From Carcharhinus longimanus (Eukaryota), in NCBI GenBank assembly GCA_030264375.1, contig JASCQW010000001.1, positions 118,627,304 through 118,691,303 of the forward strand: a stretch of DNA of 64,000 nucleotides, given 5' to 3'. Under the pieces are notes generated by a model. The model made no database searches. It was not told the origin of the DNA and worked only from the letters and a program-made list of their open reading frames with translations. Both the position numbers and the translations under genes were made by a program. Positions 63,742-64,000 of this stretch are shown piece after piece (positions within the stretch are counted from its first letter, which is position 1; the number at the start of each line of letters is the position of its first letter).

Positions 63742-64000
63742 TTAAATATAACTGCTAGCCTGAAACATCAGGCATGTATTCAACCAGCCTGATAGCATGT
63801 CACTAATGGTGAAATGAGTGTGCAGTATAAATGATCTTTGACACAATTCAACATGATTTCATGTGATAATTTGATCAAGGCTTTGATAGTTTAAATGCTT
63901 CTGTGGGTAGAGAGAAAGCCAGTGGGGCTAGTTTTTGGTTGGTCTCGTAAAGAGCCTGCATAGGAGGTGGCTTGAATGGCCATCTTCAGCATTGTAAACC

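Overview
Eukaryotic vertebrate DNA. The repeat families (tRNA-headed V-SINE/HE1-like, Deu-domain SINE, CR1, L2, Rex/Babar, Tx1, Penelope-like, PIF/Harbinger) point to a cartilaginous fish, most likely a shark. The window holds the 3' half of a tolloid-family metalloprotease gene, most likely TLL1, on the minus strand. Seven GT-AG exons (161, 181, 126, 128, 214, 251, 135 bp) have compatible phases and encode CUB3-EGF2-CUB4-CUB5 plus the stop, followed by an apparently repeat-free ~2 kb 3' UTR. The introns and downstream flank are mostly decayed transposable elements, and there are several N gaps. The best lead is a phase-compatible candidate alternative exon in the CUB3-EGF2 intron (acceptor at 37906). 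It could act as a 123-nt cassette or as a terminal exon giving a BMP1-like short isoform, and its donor sits inside a hairpin. Other leads are minimal hammerhead-ribozyme cores in three Penelope-derived repeat types, a miR-29 8mer in the 3' UTR, a templated ~260-bp local duplication and several strong hairpins. Exon coordinates are base-exact. Repeat boundaries are approximate, and family names rest on recalled motifs, not database searches. No prokaryotic-type system (CRISPR, operon) is present.
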